From an uncultured Candidatus Poseidoniales archaeon (GTDB taxonomy: Archaea; Thermoplasmatota; Poseidoniia; Poseidoniales; Poseidoniaceae): 64,000 bases of DNA. Where the stretch lies: NCBI GenBank assembly GCA_902605365.1, contig CACLCM010000006.1, forward strand, positions 7,121 through 71,120, written 5' to 3'. The translations under genes were made by a program, and so were the position numbers. The stretch's first letter is position 1, and every line of letters begins with the position of its first letter. The notes beneath the pieces are model-generated. The model did not search any database, was not told the origin of the DNA, and saw only the letters and a list, made by a program, of their open reading frames with translations. This document shows positions 29,246 to 38,973 of the stretch, piece by piece.

Positions 29246-29294
29246 AGCATACCGTCGTCTTTATGATGGGATGGCCGGTCGCCGACTTGCCTTT

Positions 29295-29371
29295 GCGCGG
29301 GTAGCTTAGTCGGCTGGAGCACCCGGCTGATAACCGGGAGGTCGCAGGTTCGAGTCCTGCCTCGCGCACCA
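29295..29371 (+). tRNA. tRNA-Ile (anticodon GAU), CCA encoded
   Basis: Folded by hand. Acceptor GCGCGGG/CTCGCGC (one G-U). Anticodon arm CCCGG-CTGATAA-CCGGG. T arm GCAGG-TTCGAGT-CCTGC. Discriminator A followed by CCA. Confidence 0.9.
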
Positions 29372-29478
29372 TCTATGCAGTATGCTAGTTTTCAAGAGAG
29401 CCAAATGTGATTTTCTTTCTTGAAATAAACGGTAAATGATGAGAACACTCATTTAGCCCCCTCACAGGCCACTGTAAC

Positions 29479-30414
29479 ATGGTAGTAGTATCGGGCAGCA
29501 ATTCCCGTGCGCTGGCTCTTGACTTAGCAGATGAGTTAGGATGGGAGCACCATTCGCTTGAGGCGAGAAGATTTCCTGATTCTGAAGGATATATCAGAAT
29601 CCCTGAAGAATCAATAGAAGCAGTGCGCAAGGAACCTGTCGTCCTCGTATCAAACACATTTCCTGACGCAGGAATTGTTGAAACATTATTGCTACTCGAA
29701 GCTTTGAGAGATGTCAGAGAAGGACGAACTGAGAACCTCAAAGAGATAGGGCCTCAATCCATGGACAAAGTAGGCGGAGGAGTAATCGTTGCTATTCCAT
29801 ACTTTGGATATTCACGGCAAGACAAAAGATTCCGCCCAGGGGAAGCGATTAGTGCCAAAGCAATAGGAAGGTTGCTTTCGGCGCATTGCGACGGAATTGT
29901 AGTGTTCGACTTACACTCGCCAGCCGCATTGGAAGACATGCCAATACCTGTGGAGTTCACATCTGCTATGCAAGAGATCGCCACTCACCTACAAGATACC
30001 GTAAGCCCTGACTTCATTCTCTCCCCAGATAAAGGTGCTATTGACAGGGCGTCTGCAGTCGCTGATGCAATAGGATTACCATTCTCTTATTTGGAAAAAA
30101 CTAGAATCGATGCACACACTATCATACACAAGGCAAAGGATTTGGATGTTGAGGGGAAAATAGTCGCTATCGTAGACGACATGATTGCTACCGGCGGAAC
30201 GATTTGTAAAGCGGCTGATGCATTGAGAAGCCAAGGTGCAACTGAAGTTCATGCTGCTTGCACCCACGGTTTATTCACCGGTGGAGCGATTGCTAGGCTG
30301 GCAAATCACGTGGATGGAGTGCATGCGACATCTAGTCTGGCTAACAGTCGCGCCGTAATCTCCGGAGGAGCCGCATTGGCTCGTGGTGTGCGTAATATCC
30401 TCAAAGAGTTGTGA
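29479..30414 (+). CDS. prs: ribose-phosphate pyrophosphokinase
   Basis: YFGYSRQDKRF and the PRPP-binding loop VDDMIATGGT. Confidence 0.9.
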   Translation: MVVVSGSNSRALALDLADELGWEHHSLEARRFPDSEGYIRIPEESIEAVRKEPVVLVSNTFPDAGIVETLLLLEALRDVREGRTENLKEIGPQSMDKVGGGVIVAIPYFGYSRQDKRFRPGEAISAKAIGRLLSAHCDGIVVFDLHSPAALEDMPIPVEFTSAMQEIATHLQDTVSPDFILSPDKGAIDRASAVADAIGLPFSYLEKTRIDAHTIIHKAKDLDVEGKIVAIVDDMIATGGTICKAADALRSQGATEVHAACTHGLFTGGAIARLANHVDGVHATSSLANSRAVISGGAALARGVRNILKEL

Positions 30415-30442
30415 TTGCACTAGTCAATTTCAATCCGTGGTG

Positions 30443-30450
30443 TTTATATT
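30443..30450 (+). promoter_or_regulatory. candidate TATA box of the L7Ae-S28e-L24e operon
   Basis: TTTATATT lies 50 nt upstream of the L7Ae ATG. Confidence 0.35.
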
Positions 30451-30499
30451 CGCGAGGCCGTGCGCAGCGTTGCTTCACATAAGCATGAGAGTGATTTCA

Positions 30500-30871
30500 A
30501 TGAGTGCACACGTGTCATACGAAACCCCTAACGATGTCGCAGATAAGATCTACGAGATGGTTCAGGCGAACAACAACGGTAGAATGAAAAAAGGATCTAA
30601 TGAGGTGACCAAGGCTGCTGAAAGAGGCACTGCTAAGTTCATCATCATGGCTGAAGATGTAAACCCGCCAGAATTACTGGCTCACATCCCACTGATCTGT
30701 GCTGAGAAAGGTATTCCATTCGGATACGTTCCTAGCCAAGAGTTCCTAGCAAAGGAAGCAGGAATGCCTGGTGGCGTTAAGACTGCATCTCTTGCACTTC
30801 TTGAAGTGTCCAAGGGCGCACAAGAAAAATTCAACGAAGTTGTAGAGCTAGTAAAGGGGCTTTCCAGCTGA
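30500..30871 (+). CDS. rpl7ae: ribosomal protein L7Ae (eL8 family, K-turn binding)
   Basis: KKGSNEVTKAAERGTAKFIIMAEDVNPPELLAHIPLICAEKGIPF. Start moved to ATG 30500. Confidence 0.95.
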   Translation: MSAHVSYETPNDVADKIYEMVQANNNGRMKKGSNEVTKAAERGTAKFIIMAEDVNPPELLAHIPLICAEKGIPFGYVPSQEFLAKEAGMPGGVKTASLALLEVSKGAQEKFNEVVELVKGLSS

Positions 30872-30901
30872 ACTTGATTACTGAATTCGGAGGAATAAGA
30901 A

Positions 30902-31126
30902 ATGTCTGAAGAACTAGGAGGATGGCCTGCTGAGGTCGTTGAAGTAGTAGGTAGAACCGGAATGACCGGAGAAGCCACTCAAGTCAAGGTGCGTGTCAAT
31001 GACGCACCAAACCCACGTGACGTGGGCCGTATTATTACAAGAAATGTGCTTGGACCTGTTCGTCTGGGTGACATTTTGATGCTACGAGATACTGGTCGTG
31101 AAGCTCGTAAACTAAACTATAGGTGA
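30902..31126 (+). CDS. rps28e: ribosomal protein S28e
   Basis: [23 protein letters not shown]...[21 protein letters not shown] lies upstream. Confidence 0.95.
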   Translation: MSEELGGWPAEVVEVVGRTGMTGEATQVKVRVNDAPNPRDVGRIITRNVLGPVRLGDILMLRDTGREARKLNYR

Positions 31127-31131
31127 TCAAC

Positions 31132-31320
31132 ATGCCAGAACAAAGAATTTGCACTTTCTCAGGCGAAATTATTGAACCAGGTACAGGACTTATGTTCATC
31201 CGCAGAGATGGAACAGTACAGTGGTTTGCTAACAGTAAGGCTCGCAAAAACGCAGTCAAGCTAAAGCGAAACTCACGCAGAGTCAAGTGGACCCGTCATT
31301 TCGTCAAAGGCGGCATTTAG
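31132..31320 (+). CDS. rpl24e: ribosomal protein L24e
   Basis: RICTFSGEIIEPGTGLMFIRRDGTVQWFANSKARKN. The track start at 31123 is GTG, and ATG 31132 is preferred. Confidence 0.9.
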   Translation: MPEQRICTFSGEIIEPGTGLMFIRRDGTVQWFANSKARKNAVKLKRNSRRVKWTRHFVKGGI

Positions 31321-31395
31321 ATATCCTTCTAAACCGCTAATTCAATCGCTGCGCTCAAATAGGGCTTGCCAGTCGGCCACAATGGTGGAATTAGT

Positions 31396-31842
31396 ATGGA
31401 AACTACCTATGTCATGGTAAAGCCCGACGGAGTACAGCGCGGACTGGTTGGAGAAATCATTCAAAGATTCGAACGAAAGGGCCTACAATTGGTCGGTCTG
31501 AAGCAAGTAATTCCAAGTGAAGAGATTGCAAAGACACACTATGCTGTTCATTCAGAACGCCCATTTTTCCCAGGGTTAATCAAATTCGTAACTAGCGGCC
31601 CTGTCGTTTGTATGGCTTGGCTTGGAAAAGATGCGATTAGTGTTGCTCGTAATTTGATCGGTCCGACTAACGGACGAGAAGCAGCTCCAGGAACTATTCG
31701 TGGAGATTTCGGAATGGATATTGGATACAATATGATTCATGGTTCAGATGCAGCAGATACTGCTGAATTCGAATTAGGACTATGGTTCCCAGAAGGTGTA
31801 AACGACTGGAACCAAGACAGTCAGTCTTGGGTCTATGAGTGA
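31396..31842 (+). CDS. ndk: nucleoside diphosphate kinase
   Basis: [19 protein letters not shown] and the active-site region NMIHGSD. Confidence 0.95.
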   Translation: METTYVMVKPDGVQRGLVGEIIQRFERKGLQLVGLKQVIPSEEIAKTHYAVHSERPFFPGLIKFVTSGPVVCMAWLGKDAISVARNLIGPTNGREAAPGTIRGDFGMDIGYNMIHGSDAADTAEFELGLWFPEGVNDWNQDSQSWVYE

Positions 31843-31889
31843 TTAGTATACCAATTGGAAATTTAAAAAAGACAATTGGGGTTTTAGAC

Positions 31890-33728
31890 ATGTCTGACGA
31901 GGAGGAGACTCAAGAGCCTCCGGCTGAAGATGAGGTCAAAGCCCTTGGTTGGCAGCGCCAACCAATTGTTGCAGTACTCGGCCACGTCGACCATGGTAAG
32001 ACCAGTGTTCTAGATCATTTTAGATCGCTTGGTAGTGAAAGACAAGCCAGCGTAATGGACCGTGAAGCTGGAGGGATTACGCAGCATATTGGGGCGACTG
32101 AAGTACCCGCAAAAATCCTCAATGAAACATGTGCTGCTATGACTGGCGGAAAGGATTTCAACAGTCCCGGTTTGTTATTCATCGATACCCCTGGACATCA
32201 TTCATTTACTAGCCTAAGGAGTAGAGGAGGGGCTTTAGCAGATATTGCAATCCTAGTTGTTGACATAATGGAAGGACTACAACCTCAGACCATTGAGAGT
32301 TTGCGAATCCTTCGTGAAAAACAAACACCATTTGTTGTAGCGGCTAACAAAGTTGACCGTATTCACGGATGGAGAACAGAAAAAGGCCGCTCTTTCATTG
32401 AATCATGGGCTAATCAAAGGGATGATATCAAACAATTTTTCGATGAGCGCTATTGGAAACTGCTTGGGCAATTTAGCGAGCACGGATTCAATATTGAGCG
32501 CTATGATAAAATTAGAGATTTCAAATCAAATCTAGCTATGGTGCCTTGCTCTGCCAAAGATGGCGAGGGTCTGCAAGACTTACTTACAGTGACTGTTGGT
32601 TTAGCAGAACGTTTCCTAGATGAACGTCTAAGAGATACTCTTGGAGACGGTGAAGGAACCGTATTGGAAATGAAAGATGAAAGAGGATTGGGTAAAACAA
32701 TCGATGTTATTCTAAATAGAGGAGAACTCAATTTGGGTGATACAATAACTCTAGTTGGCGCAGATGGCCCGTTTTCAACTCATATCAAAGGGATGTTCAA
32801 ACCAAGAGGAATGTCGGAGATGAGGGATGCAGGGGACAGATGGGAAGCTTGTGAAAATGCGGTTGCTGCATGCGGCTTGAAAATTGTCGCACCAGGCCTC
32901 GAGAATGTCTTAGCAGGAACTACCTTGCGCCAAACTAATACTCCAGAGGCTAAGGAAAAAGCCGAACATGAAGCACGTAAAGAAGCGTCAATATCAGTAG
33001 ATATTGCAGAGGAAGGCGTCGTTATCAAAGCAGATACAGTTGGTGGATTAGAGGCATTAGCATTCGAATTAGACAAATTGGAAATTCCAATCCGTATGGC
33101 AACGATTGGCCCGGTAAATAAGAGAGATATCATCACTGCACAATGTGCAGAGAGTGAACTCAATCAAATCATTCTAGGATTCTCTGTAAAAGGTAATTCC
33201 GAAGTGCAACCCAGATTACAGGGGCCTGATGCAGATATCAAATTCATTGGTGCAGATATTATCTATCGCATCTTAGAAGAGTTAGAAGAATGGCGAGAGA
33301 CCACTCAAGCAGAGATAGATGCCGCTGCAAGAGAAAATCTAGTTTACCCTGGCCATCTACTGTATCTTCAAGATCACACCTTCAGAAACAAAGGACCTGC
33401 AATCGTAGGAATGAGGGTGCTTGGTGGCCGAGTGCATATTGGCCAGAGAATTATGAAGCGAGATGGCACTGCTGTTGGTCAAATCAAGAGTTTGAGAAAC
33501 AGGTCCAGCGAGGAAGTAAAAGAAGGAAGGCAAGGCGATGAACTCGCAGTTGCAGTCATGGGCCCTACGGTTGGCCGCCATATTGAGGAAGGTGACGAGT
33601 TTTGGGTAGACATCCCTGCATCTCACGCTAAGAGATTACGCAAAATAGAACTCACACCGATCGAAGAAGAAATCCTAGAAGAGTTGACTATCCTACACAG
33701 GAAAGAAGACCACTTTTGGGGCAGATAA
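31890..33728 (+). CDS. infB: translation initiation factor aIF5B (IF2-type GTPase)
   Basis: GHVDHGKTS, DTPGH and NKVD GTPase motifs. Start moved to ATG 31890. Confidence 0.95.
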   Translation: MSDEEETQEPPAEDEVKALGWQRQPIVAVLGHVDHGKTSVLDHFRSLGSERQASVMDREAGGITQHIGATEVPAKILNETCAAMTGGKDFNSPGLLFIDTPGHHSFTSLRSRGGALADIAILVVDIMEGLQPQTIESLRILREKQTPFVVAANKVDRIHGWRTEKGRSFIESWANQRDDIKQFFDERYWKLLGQFSEHGFNIERYDKIRDFKSNLAMVPCSAKDGEGLQDLLTVTVGLAERFLDERLRDTLGDGEGTVLEMKDERGLGKTIDVILNRGELNLGDTITLVGADGPFSTHIKGMFKPRGMSEMRDAGDRWEACENAVAACGLKIVAPGLENVLAGTTLRQTNTPEAKEKAEHEARKEASISVDIAEEGVVIKADTVGGLEALAFELDKLEIPIRMATIGPVNKRDIITAQCAESELNQIILGFSVKGNSEVQPRLQGPDADIKFIGADIIYRILEELEEWRETTQAEIDAAARENLVYPGHLLYLQDHTFRNKGPAIVGMRVLGGRVHIGQRIMKRDGTAVGQIKSLRNRSSEEVKEGRQGDELAVAVMGPTVGRHIEEGDEFWVDIPASHAKRLRKIELTPIEEEILEELTILHRKEDHFWGR

Positions 33729-33823
33729 ATACCCGTAATACGCCTGAATTGGGCGACTTACTCACGCAATACCTTGAAGTATGGTAGGAGATTGTTCCAA
33801 CCTGTACCACGGGATGTAATATC

Positions 33824-34831
33824 ATGAATGCAGGATTCCAAGCAGGCGCACCAACAGGTGACCACCGTACGAAGGACCTTATCGCAACCGTTTCTTCGAT
33901 TGCAAATTCACTTATGGGTGAAGTATCGAAAGTTATTATCGGTAAAAACGAAAATCTTCGAAGAGTTACCGTTGGCATTCTGTCCAACGGAAACATGTTG
34001 CTAGAAGATTTCCCAGGACTTGCTAAAACATTGCTAGCAAATACATTTGCACAAGCTCTAGGATGTAAGTTCAAGCGTGTTCAGTTCACTCCAGATTTAC
34101 TGCCCAGTGACATCATGGGTACTTACATGTATGACCAAAAGTCCGGAGAATTCAAACTGCGTGCAGGTCCACTTTTCGCCAATATTCTTCTTGCTGACGA
34201 AATTAACCGTGCTCCACCAAAGACTCAGGCGGCTTTGCTTGAGGCTATGGAAGAAAAGCAGGTTACAATCGAAGGTATCACGCACAAGTTACCAGCACCA
34301 TTCGTTGTAATCGCTACACAGAACCCTATCGAGCAAGAAGGAACATACCCTCTACCAGAGGCACAGATGGACCGATTCTTGATGAAGATGAGTATGGGAT
34401 ACCCTGACCGTGCTGAAGAAAAGGCTATTCTGGCTCGCCGTAAACTTCGTGGAAAGGATGGTCACGACATCGAACAGATTACTTCTCCAAAGAAGGTGGT
34501 TGCAATGCAGAAAGCATTGGAAACCGTACACGTTGACCCTGCAATCCTATCTTACATTATCGAAATTGTTCAGAGAACAAGAGAAGACCACCGTGTAGTA
34601 AACGGTGCTTCACCTCGTGCTTCACAAGCACTATTCAAGTCGGGACGTGCTGCTGCCGCAATAGATGGTAGAGATTACGTAATTCCTGATGACATCAAAG
34701 GTATTGCTCTGCAGATTATATCTCACAGGATCAACATGAAACCTGAAGCTAAGATTCGTGGAATCACCGGTATGCACATTGTGCGTAAGATTCTGTCTGA
34801 AGTTCCAGTTCCAGTTATCCAACAGGGATGA
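33824..34831 (+). CDS. MoxR-family AAA+ ATPase
   Basis: LLEDFPGLAKTLLA (Walker A), LLADEINRAPPKTQAALLEAMEE and ATQNPIEQEGTYPLPEAQMDRF. Confidence 0.9.
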   Translation: MNAGFQAGAPTGDHRTKDLIATVSSIANSLMGEVSKVIIGKNENLRRVTVGILSNGNMLLEDFPGLAKTLLANTFAQALGCKFKRVQFTPDLLPSDIMGTYMYDQKSGEFKLRAGPLFANILLADEINRAPPKTQAALLEAMEEKQVTIEGITHKLPAPFVVIATQNPIEQEGTYPLPEAQMDRFLMKMSMGYPDRAEEKAILARRKLRGKDGHDIEQITSPKKVVAMQKALETVHVDPAILSYIIEIVQRTREDHRVVNGASPRASQALFKSGRAAAAIDGRDYVIPDDIKGIALQIISHRINMKPEAKIRGITGMHIVRKILSEVPVPVIQQG

Positions 34832-34912
34832 TTGATGCTCGAATAATGCGACTCTTTACAGAGGGTGGACGCTCTCGGTAGTTCAGAGCAGCGGATTTTC
34901 CGGGTGATTTAG

Positions 34913-35881
34913 ATGAATCCATACAAGATGGTAGTAGCGGTAGCAAACCAGAAAGGTGGTTGTGCCAAGACGACTACTGCGGTTAATCTGGCTACTGCTT
35001 TAGCCAAGGGTTCAAAAAAATTCAAGGTTCCTCCAGCGAAGGTTTTGCTAATTGATTTAGACCCTCAAGGGAATTGTGCGACATCATTTGGTGTCGAGAA
35101 GAAAAAAATCAAAAAAACTGCTTATGATTTGTTGGTTAATGATAGCGGTGAAGACTTACCGCTAATGGATGAATATCTGATTTCACCTCAAGCTCTGACA
35201 GAATCCATGCAAAGAGCATGGGCAAAAAGAAATGAGAACGCAAAAAGAGTTCCAGGGGATTTAGCGGTTGACAACCTTTGGCTATTACCTAGTGATATTC
35301 ACCTCTCAGGCGCAGAGATTGAACTCAGCCACCGAATCGGTCGTGAAACACGTCTAAGGGAGGCTTTAGCCCCTATAATCGACCAATTTGACCACATCAT
35401 CATCGACACTCCGCCCTCTCTAGGGCTTTTGTCGATTAACGCGCTTTGTGCTGCAAATTGGGTATTCATTCCAGTACAAGCAGAATATTACGCTCTTGAA
35501 GGATTCAGCATGCTGATGAATAGCGTGAAAATGATTCAAAAAAGAATTAATCGAAACCTGAAGATTTTCGGTGTGGCCATGACAATGGTTGATCAGAGGT
35601 CTAAACTTTCGTTGCATGTATGTGATGAAGTACAGTCGAAAATCCCACGTAAGGTGTTCAAAACTCCAATTCGAAGATTGGCCAAGGTTGCTGAAGCCGC
35701 ATGGACTGGAGCGCCTACTGTAATCCTAAATCGACCAAGTAATAGTGGCGCCGGGGCAGGGAGTAGAGAATATTGGTCGCTGACCAAGGAATATCATGAG
35801 CGCGTTCAAGAGATGAGACGCCAGTTTGGAGTAACAGAGCACCCTCGCCTGTTACTTGAAAAACAAGGTCGGACATTTTGA
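34913..35881 (+). CDS. ParA/Soj-family partition ATPase
   Basis: Deviant Walker A NQKGGCAKTT, LIDLDPQGN and IIIDTPPS. Confidence 0.9.
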   Translation: MNPYKMVVAVANQKGGCAKTTTAVNLATALAKGSKKFKVPPAKVLLIDLDPQGNCATSFGVEKKKIKKTAYDLLVNDSGEDLPLMDEYLISPQALTESMQRAWAKRNENAKRVPGDLAVDNLWLLPSDIHLSGAEIELSHRIGRETRLREALAPIIDQFDHIIIDTPPSLGLLSINALCAANWVFIPVQAEYYALEGFSMLMNSVKMIQKRINRNLKIFGVAMTMVDQRSKLSLHVCDEVQSKIPRKVFKTPIRRLAKVAEAAWTGAPTVILNRPSNSGAGAGSREYWSLTKEYHERVQEMRRQFGVTEHPRLLLEKQGRTF

Positions 35882-35957
35882 GTCAGGCCTCAAACATGTT
35901 CCATTAGCGTAATTACTCACGCGGGATTCAAGTAGTCAACAGTTTCCAAGCTGAGGC

Positions 35958-36200
35958 ATGACCGGCGAAGGAATGACATCGGTAAGTGTCAGTTACGAAG
36001 TGAGAAGGCAATTGAATACACTGCGAACCATGGATGGTCATCGCAGCGTAGATGGTTTTCTAACAGATTTAATTCGTGCTCACAAATTGGCAAAGATGAA
36101 TGGAGAACTAGAGAATTTACGCAACCAAATGAAGGAAGTTGCTGACGTTAGTGCTGAGCACTTAGTCCAACGATTAAACCTAGCACCATTCAAGGTCTGA
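35958..36200 (+). CDS. small ribbon-helix-helix (CopG/Arc/MetJ-like) DNA-binding protein
   Basis: TSVSVSYEVRRQLNTLRTMDGHRSVDGFLTDLIRAH fits a beta-alpha-alpha RHH pattern, followed by a C-terminal helix. GATTCAAG lies 26 nt upstream of the ATG. Confidence 0.55.
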   Translation: MTGEGMTSVSVSYEVRRQLNTLRTMDGHRSVDGFLTDLIRAHKLAKMNGELENLRNQMKEVADVSAEHLVQRLNLAPFKV

Positions 36201-36209
36201 GGTGAAAAT

Positions 36210-36467
36210 ATGGATTGGAGACCGCCTGGATATTTACTCACTACCAGCGATTTAGTTCATGCTATTTTTGACAAGAATAGTGATGCTGGGAAGTTGCTAG
36301 TAAAGGCGACATTGGGTGAAATTGAACTATTCGCTGCCCCCAAGAGTTGGAATGCTATTCTATGGTTGATAACCAACACCATCAAAGATGGTAGTAAGCC
36401 GATTTATTCCGGAGTACAATTAGGCGAGTTGAAAGCATCACTGCCAATAGTTTGGCGTGCAGATTAA
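36210..36467 (+). CDS. hypothetical 85-aa protein, bicistronic with the RHH gene
   Basis: Starts 9 nt after the RHH stop, with GGTGA as Shine-Dalgarno. No motif recognised. The N-terminal YLLTTSDLV is only weakly reminiscent of a degenerate PIN start. Confidence 0.4.
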   Translation: MDWRPPGYLLTTSDLVHAIFDKNSDAGKLLVKATLGEIELFAAPKSWNAILWLITNTIKDGSKPIYSGVQLGELKASLPIVWRAD

Positions 36468-38915
36468 TCACTTTCCTTGCTTAGCAAGCCACTCTGCGCC
36501 GTACCATTTCCATTGTTCCATAGTCCAACCTTCAGGAAGTCCTTCAGCAGGTAAAGGTGGCGCTTGTGGTGCTGCTTCCACAACTTGAGGCGCAGCAGGT
36601 TCAGGTGCCTCAACTGGGTCAGGAGCTGGTAAGCCTGCAAGTTCCTCAAGAGATGCTGATTCTTCCATTACTTCGGAACTATCTGTTGCTTCACCATCGC
36701 CTTTGATTTCAATATCATCAAAACCGCCGCCCAATTCATTACCGTCATCGCCAATAGCGATCGGCTCAACTTCATCATCCCAGAATTTGTTGGAATCAAC
36801 TCCTCCGACTGCAGACAATCCTGCTTTTCCTTCGAGAGCTTCAGCCTCTGCACTGTTCTCTTCTGGAATGAATGGCACCCCATATGTCTTCACTAATGCA
36901 CGGCGACGGCGAGAACGACCGATTGCAGCATAGATTAGTAATGCTGCTACAATCGCTGCGAAACCTGCACCTAAGAATGGTAAAATCTCTTTTGCTTTGG
37001 ATAGATATTGGTCACTAGTATCCTCTTCACTGGAAGACTCTAGAGATTTCTTCCAGTCATAATAATCCATAGGAGTTACTCCTTCTGAGTCTTTATCTGA
37101 AACATAATTTTGATAATCAGCATCTCTGATTCCGAGACACATCTCAGATTGGTCTGAAGTATCTAATGCACAGTGGTTTTCTCTGGTTTGAACCAATTTA
37201 TTGGAATCGTTGTAGTCTTGACTAGCCCCAACCTCATCACCGTCTGAATCGATGTAGTCACGGGCATCATTAGGTAGGTCATCTCCAAAGTCGTAGAACC
37301 CATCACCATCTGTATCTATACAACCAAACTTTTCTTGGACTGAATAAGTGAGAGTTAGTGTACCATCATTAGCAATTTCTGGTACATAGGTACTGGTTGA
37401 ATTGCCCCATTCATATGGGCAAGTGTCCGGGTCATTGCCAGACAAGTTGTCACCATAGCCATCTCCGTCTGTATCCATCCATTGTGATTTGTCATAAATT
37501 GCAGTATCTGCTCCATCAGCAATTGTCCAGTCCTCTGTCGGGTCTGAATAGCCATCGTTGTCAGAGTCCTTGCATCCAATTCGATCATTCACAGAGAATC
37601 CATTCTCTTGAGGGCAGGCATCTCCCATGTATCCTGATAATTCGTCGCCAAAGCCATCACCATCACTATCTGCCCACTGAGTAGATTCGTCAGGGTACCT
37701 GTCGCCGCCTTCAGCGTTCATATTGTCGCCATAGCCGTCGCCATCACTATCTGACCACTGCCCAGGGTTTTCAGGGAAAGCATCGGATTCGTTTCCATCG
37801 GGGTTATCTCCATAGCCATCTCCATCAGTATCTTCCCACTGTGAAAAATCGTCTGGGAAAGCATCGGAGTTGTTTCCATTACTATTGTCACCATAGCCAT
37901 CACTGTCAGTATCTTCGAATTGGCTTGAATCTAATGGGAAGGCGTCAATGGTGTCAGTTACACCATCTCCATCGGTATCTAAATCGTATAATCTAATCTT
38001 AGATGATGTTGAGAATGAAGAGATGATATGCAATTCTCCGCTATCGCTGAAAATACCCATCATGACTCTTCCTGCAGCATCAAATTCATTTTCTTCGGTG
38101 AATGTTGTTGAATTGATTACATGCAGTTTACCATTTTGTGTACCCACCAAAATTCTGCCATCTGTAGCGATTGTGATTGAGTAAATAGTGCCGCCACTAG
38201 AGATTGCTGTGGACTCCATTGTCCAATCTGTGAAATCATAACGGAATAAATCTCCATTAGAGCAGCCAACGATTATATTTCCATTACCGTCATTAATTAT
38301 TTTAGTTGGATAATATGAAAAGTCTGAAAGTGTATTTTCCAACAATCCTTGCTGAGAAGTGATTTTCACTAAGTTATCCCTGCCTCCAGTAACAATTCTG
38401 TTTTCAGAAATTATGGTCATCGCAGTCATTGCAGTATTGTGACTGGGAGTTGCTGCGCCCGTCCATTCAATCGCATCATACTCCATAGCTCTACGCTGCC
38501 CTCCAGAATGACCGAACCAAAGTTCGCCTTCGGTATCCCACAAGACATAGTCAACAGAACTGGAAACATTGTATGTATTTGTTACAATTCCTAATTCGGT
38601 GTTGTAGATGTAAACCCCTTCAGTGTGAGCAATTGCTATTTGCAGCCCCGTAGAGTCTGCAGTAGCTGAATTAGCACTTACGTTCAATTCAATGGACCAC
38701 TGAGTAATTAATTCACCATTAGCCCAAAAGTGTTCTGACAAATTACCAGTGGTAGTCAGCGTCAATAATGTAGATGAGGAGGAAAATGAGGTATGGATAA
38801 AACGGCCATCGATAGAATCGATTATACCCACATCAATCAGATTAGATTCCGCTTCTGCCGAGGGCATTGCTGGTATCATAAGTAATGCAAGGAGAACTGC
38901 AATTGCCTTCCTCAT
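36468..38915 (-). CDS. type I membrane surface protein: signal peptide, beta-propeller-like region, nine thrombospondin-type-3-like Ca-binding repeats, TM and cytoplasmic tail
   Basis: MRKAIAVLLALLMIPAMPSAEA signal peptide. Nine DxDxDG motifs at aa 311-562 (nt 37230-37985). TM is ILPFLGAGFAAIVAALLIYAAIG followed by RSRRRR. The tail ends in GWTMEQWKWYGAEWL. Confidence 0.75.
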   Translation of the reverse strand: MRKAIAVLLALLMIPAMPSAEAESNLIDVGIIDSIDGRFIHTSFSSSSTLLTLTTTGNLSEHFWANGELITQWSIELNVSANSATADSTGLQIAIAHTEGVYIYNTELGIVTNTYNVSSSVDYVLWDTEGELWFGHSGGQRRAMEYDAIEWTGAATPSHNTAMTAMTIISENRIVTGGRDNLVKITSQQGLLENTLSDFSYYPTKIINDGNGNIIVGCSNGDLFRYDFTDWTMESTAISSGGTIYSITIATDGRILVGTQNGKLHVINSTTFTEENEFDAAGRVMMGIFSDSGELHIISSFSTSSKIRLYDLDTDGDGVTDTIDAFPLDSSQFEDTDSDGYGDNSNGNNSDAFPDDFSQWEDTDGDGYGDNPDGNESDAFPENPGQWSDSDGDGYGDNMNAEGGDRYPDESTQWADSDGDGFGDELSGYMGDACPQENGFSVNDRIGCKDSDNDGYSDPTEDWTIADGADTAIYDKSQWMDTDGDGYGDNLSGNDPDTCPYEWGNSTSTYVPEIANDGTLTLTYSVQEKFGCIDTDGDGFYDFGDDLPNDARDYIDSDGDEVGASQDYNDSNKLVQTRENHCALDTSDQSEMCLGIRDADYQNYVSDKDSEGVTPMDYYDWKKSLESSSEEDTSDQYLSKAKEILPFLGAGFAAIVAALLIYAAIGRSRRRRALVKTYGVPFIPEENSAEAEALEGKAGLSAVGGVDSNKFWDDEVEPIAIGDDGNELGGGFDDIEIKGDGEATDSSEVMEESASLEELAGLPAPDPVEAPEPAAPQVVEAAPQAPPLPAEGLPEGWTMEQWKWYGAEWLAKQGK

Positions 38916-38973
38916 GGTTTACGCCAAGAGCCGATAACCTATGAATGGCACGGAGTTAAGCGTTTGTAGTAAA

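Noticed and set aside
29124-29372. 82-aa ORF on the minus strand
   Set aside because: It lies exactly antisense to tRNA-Ile and to the 3' end of the PRC-barrel gene. This is a shadow ORF with no independent support.
30455-30515. Possible K-turn in the L7Ae 5' leader (L7Ae autoregulation is known in some archaea)
   Set aside because: TGAGAGTGA is present, but I could not build a convincing C-stem / 3-nt bulge / tandem G-A structure by hand. It needs a covariance-model test.
33824-34831. MoxR ATPase as the seed of a MoxR-vWA (DUF58/vWA or conflict-system) operon
   Set aside because: No vWA, DUF58 or effector gene is adjacent. The next gene is ParA, after an 81-nt gap.
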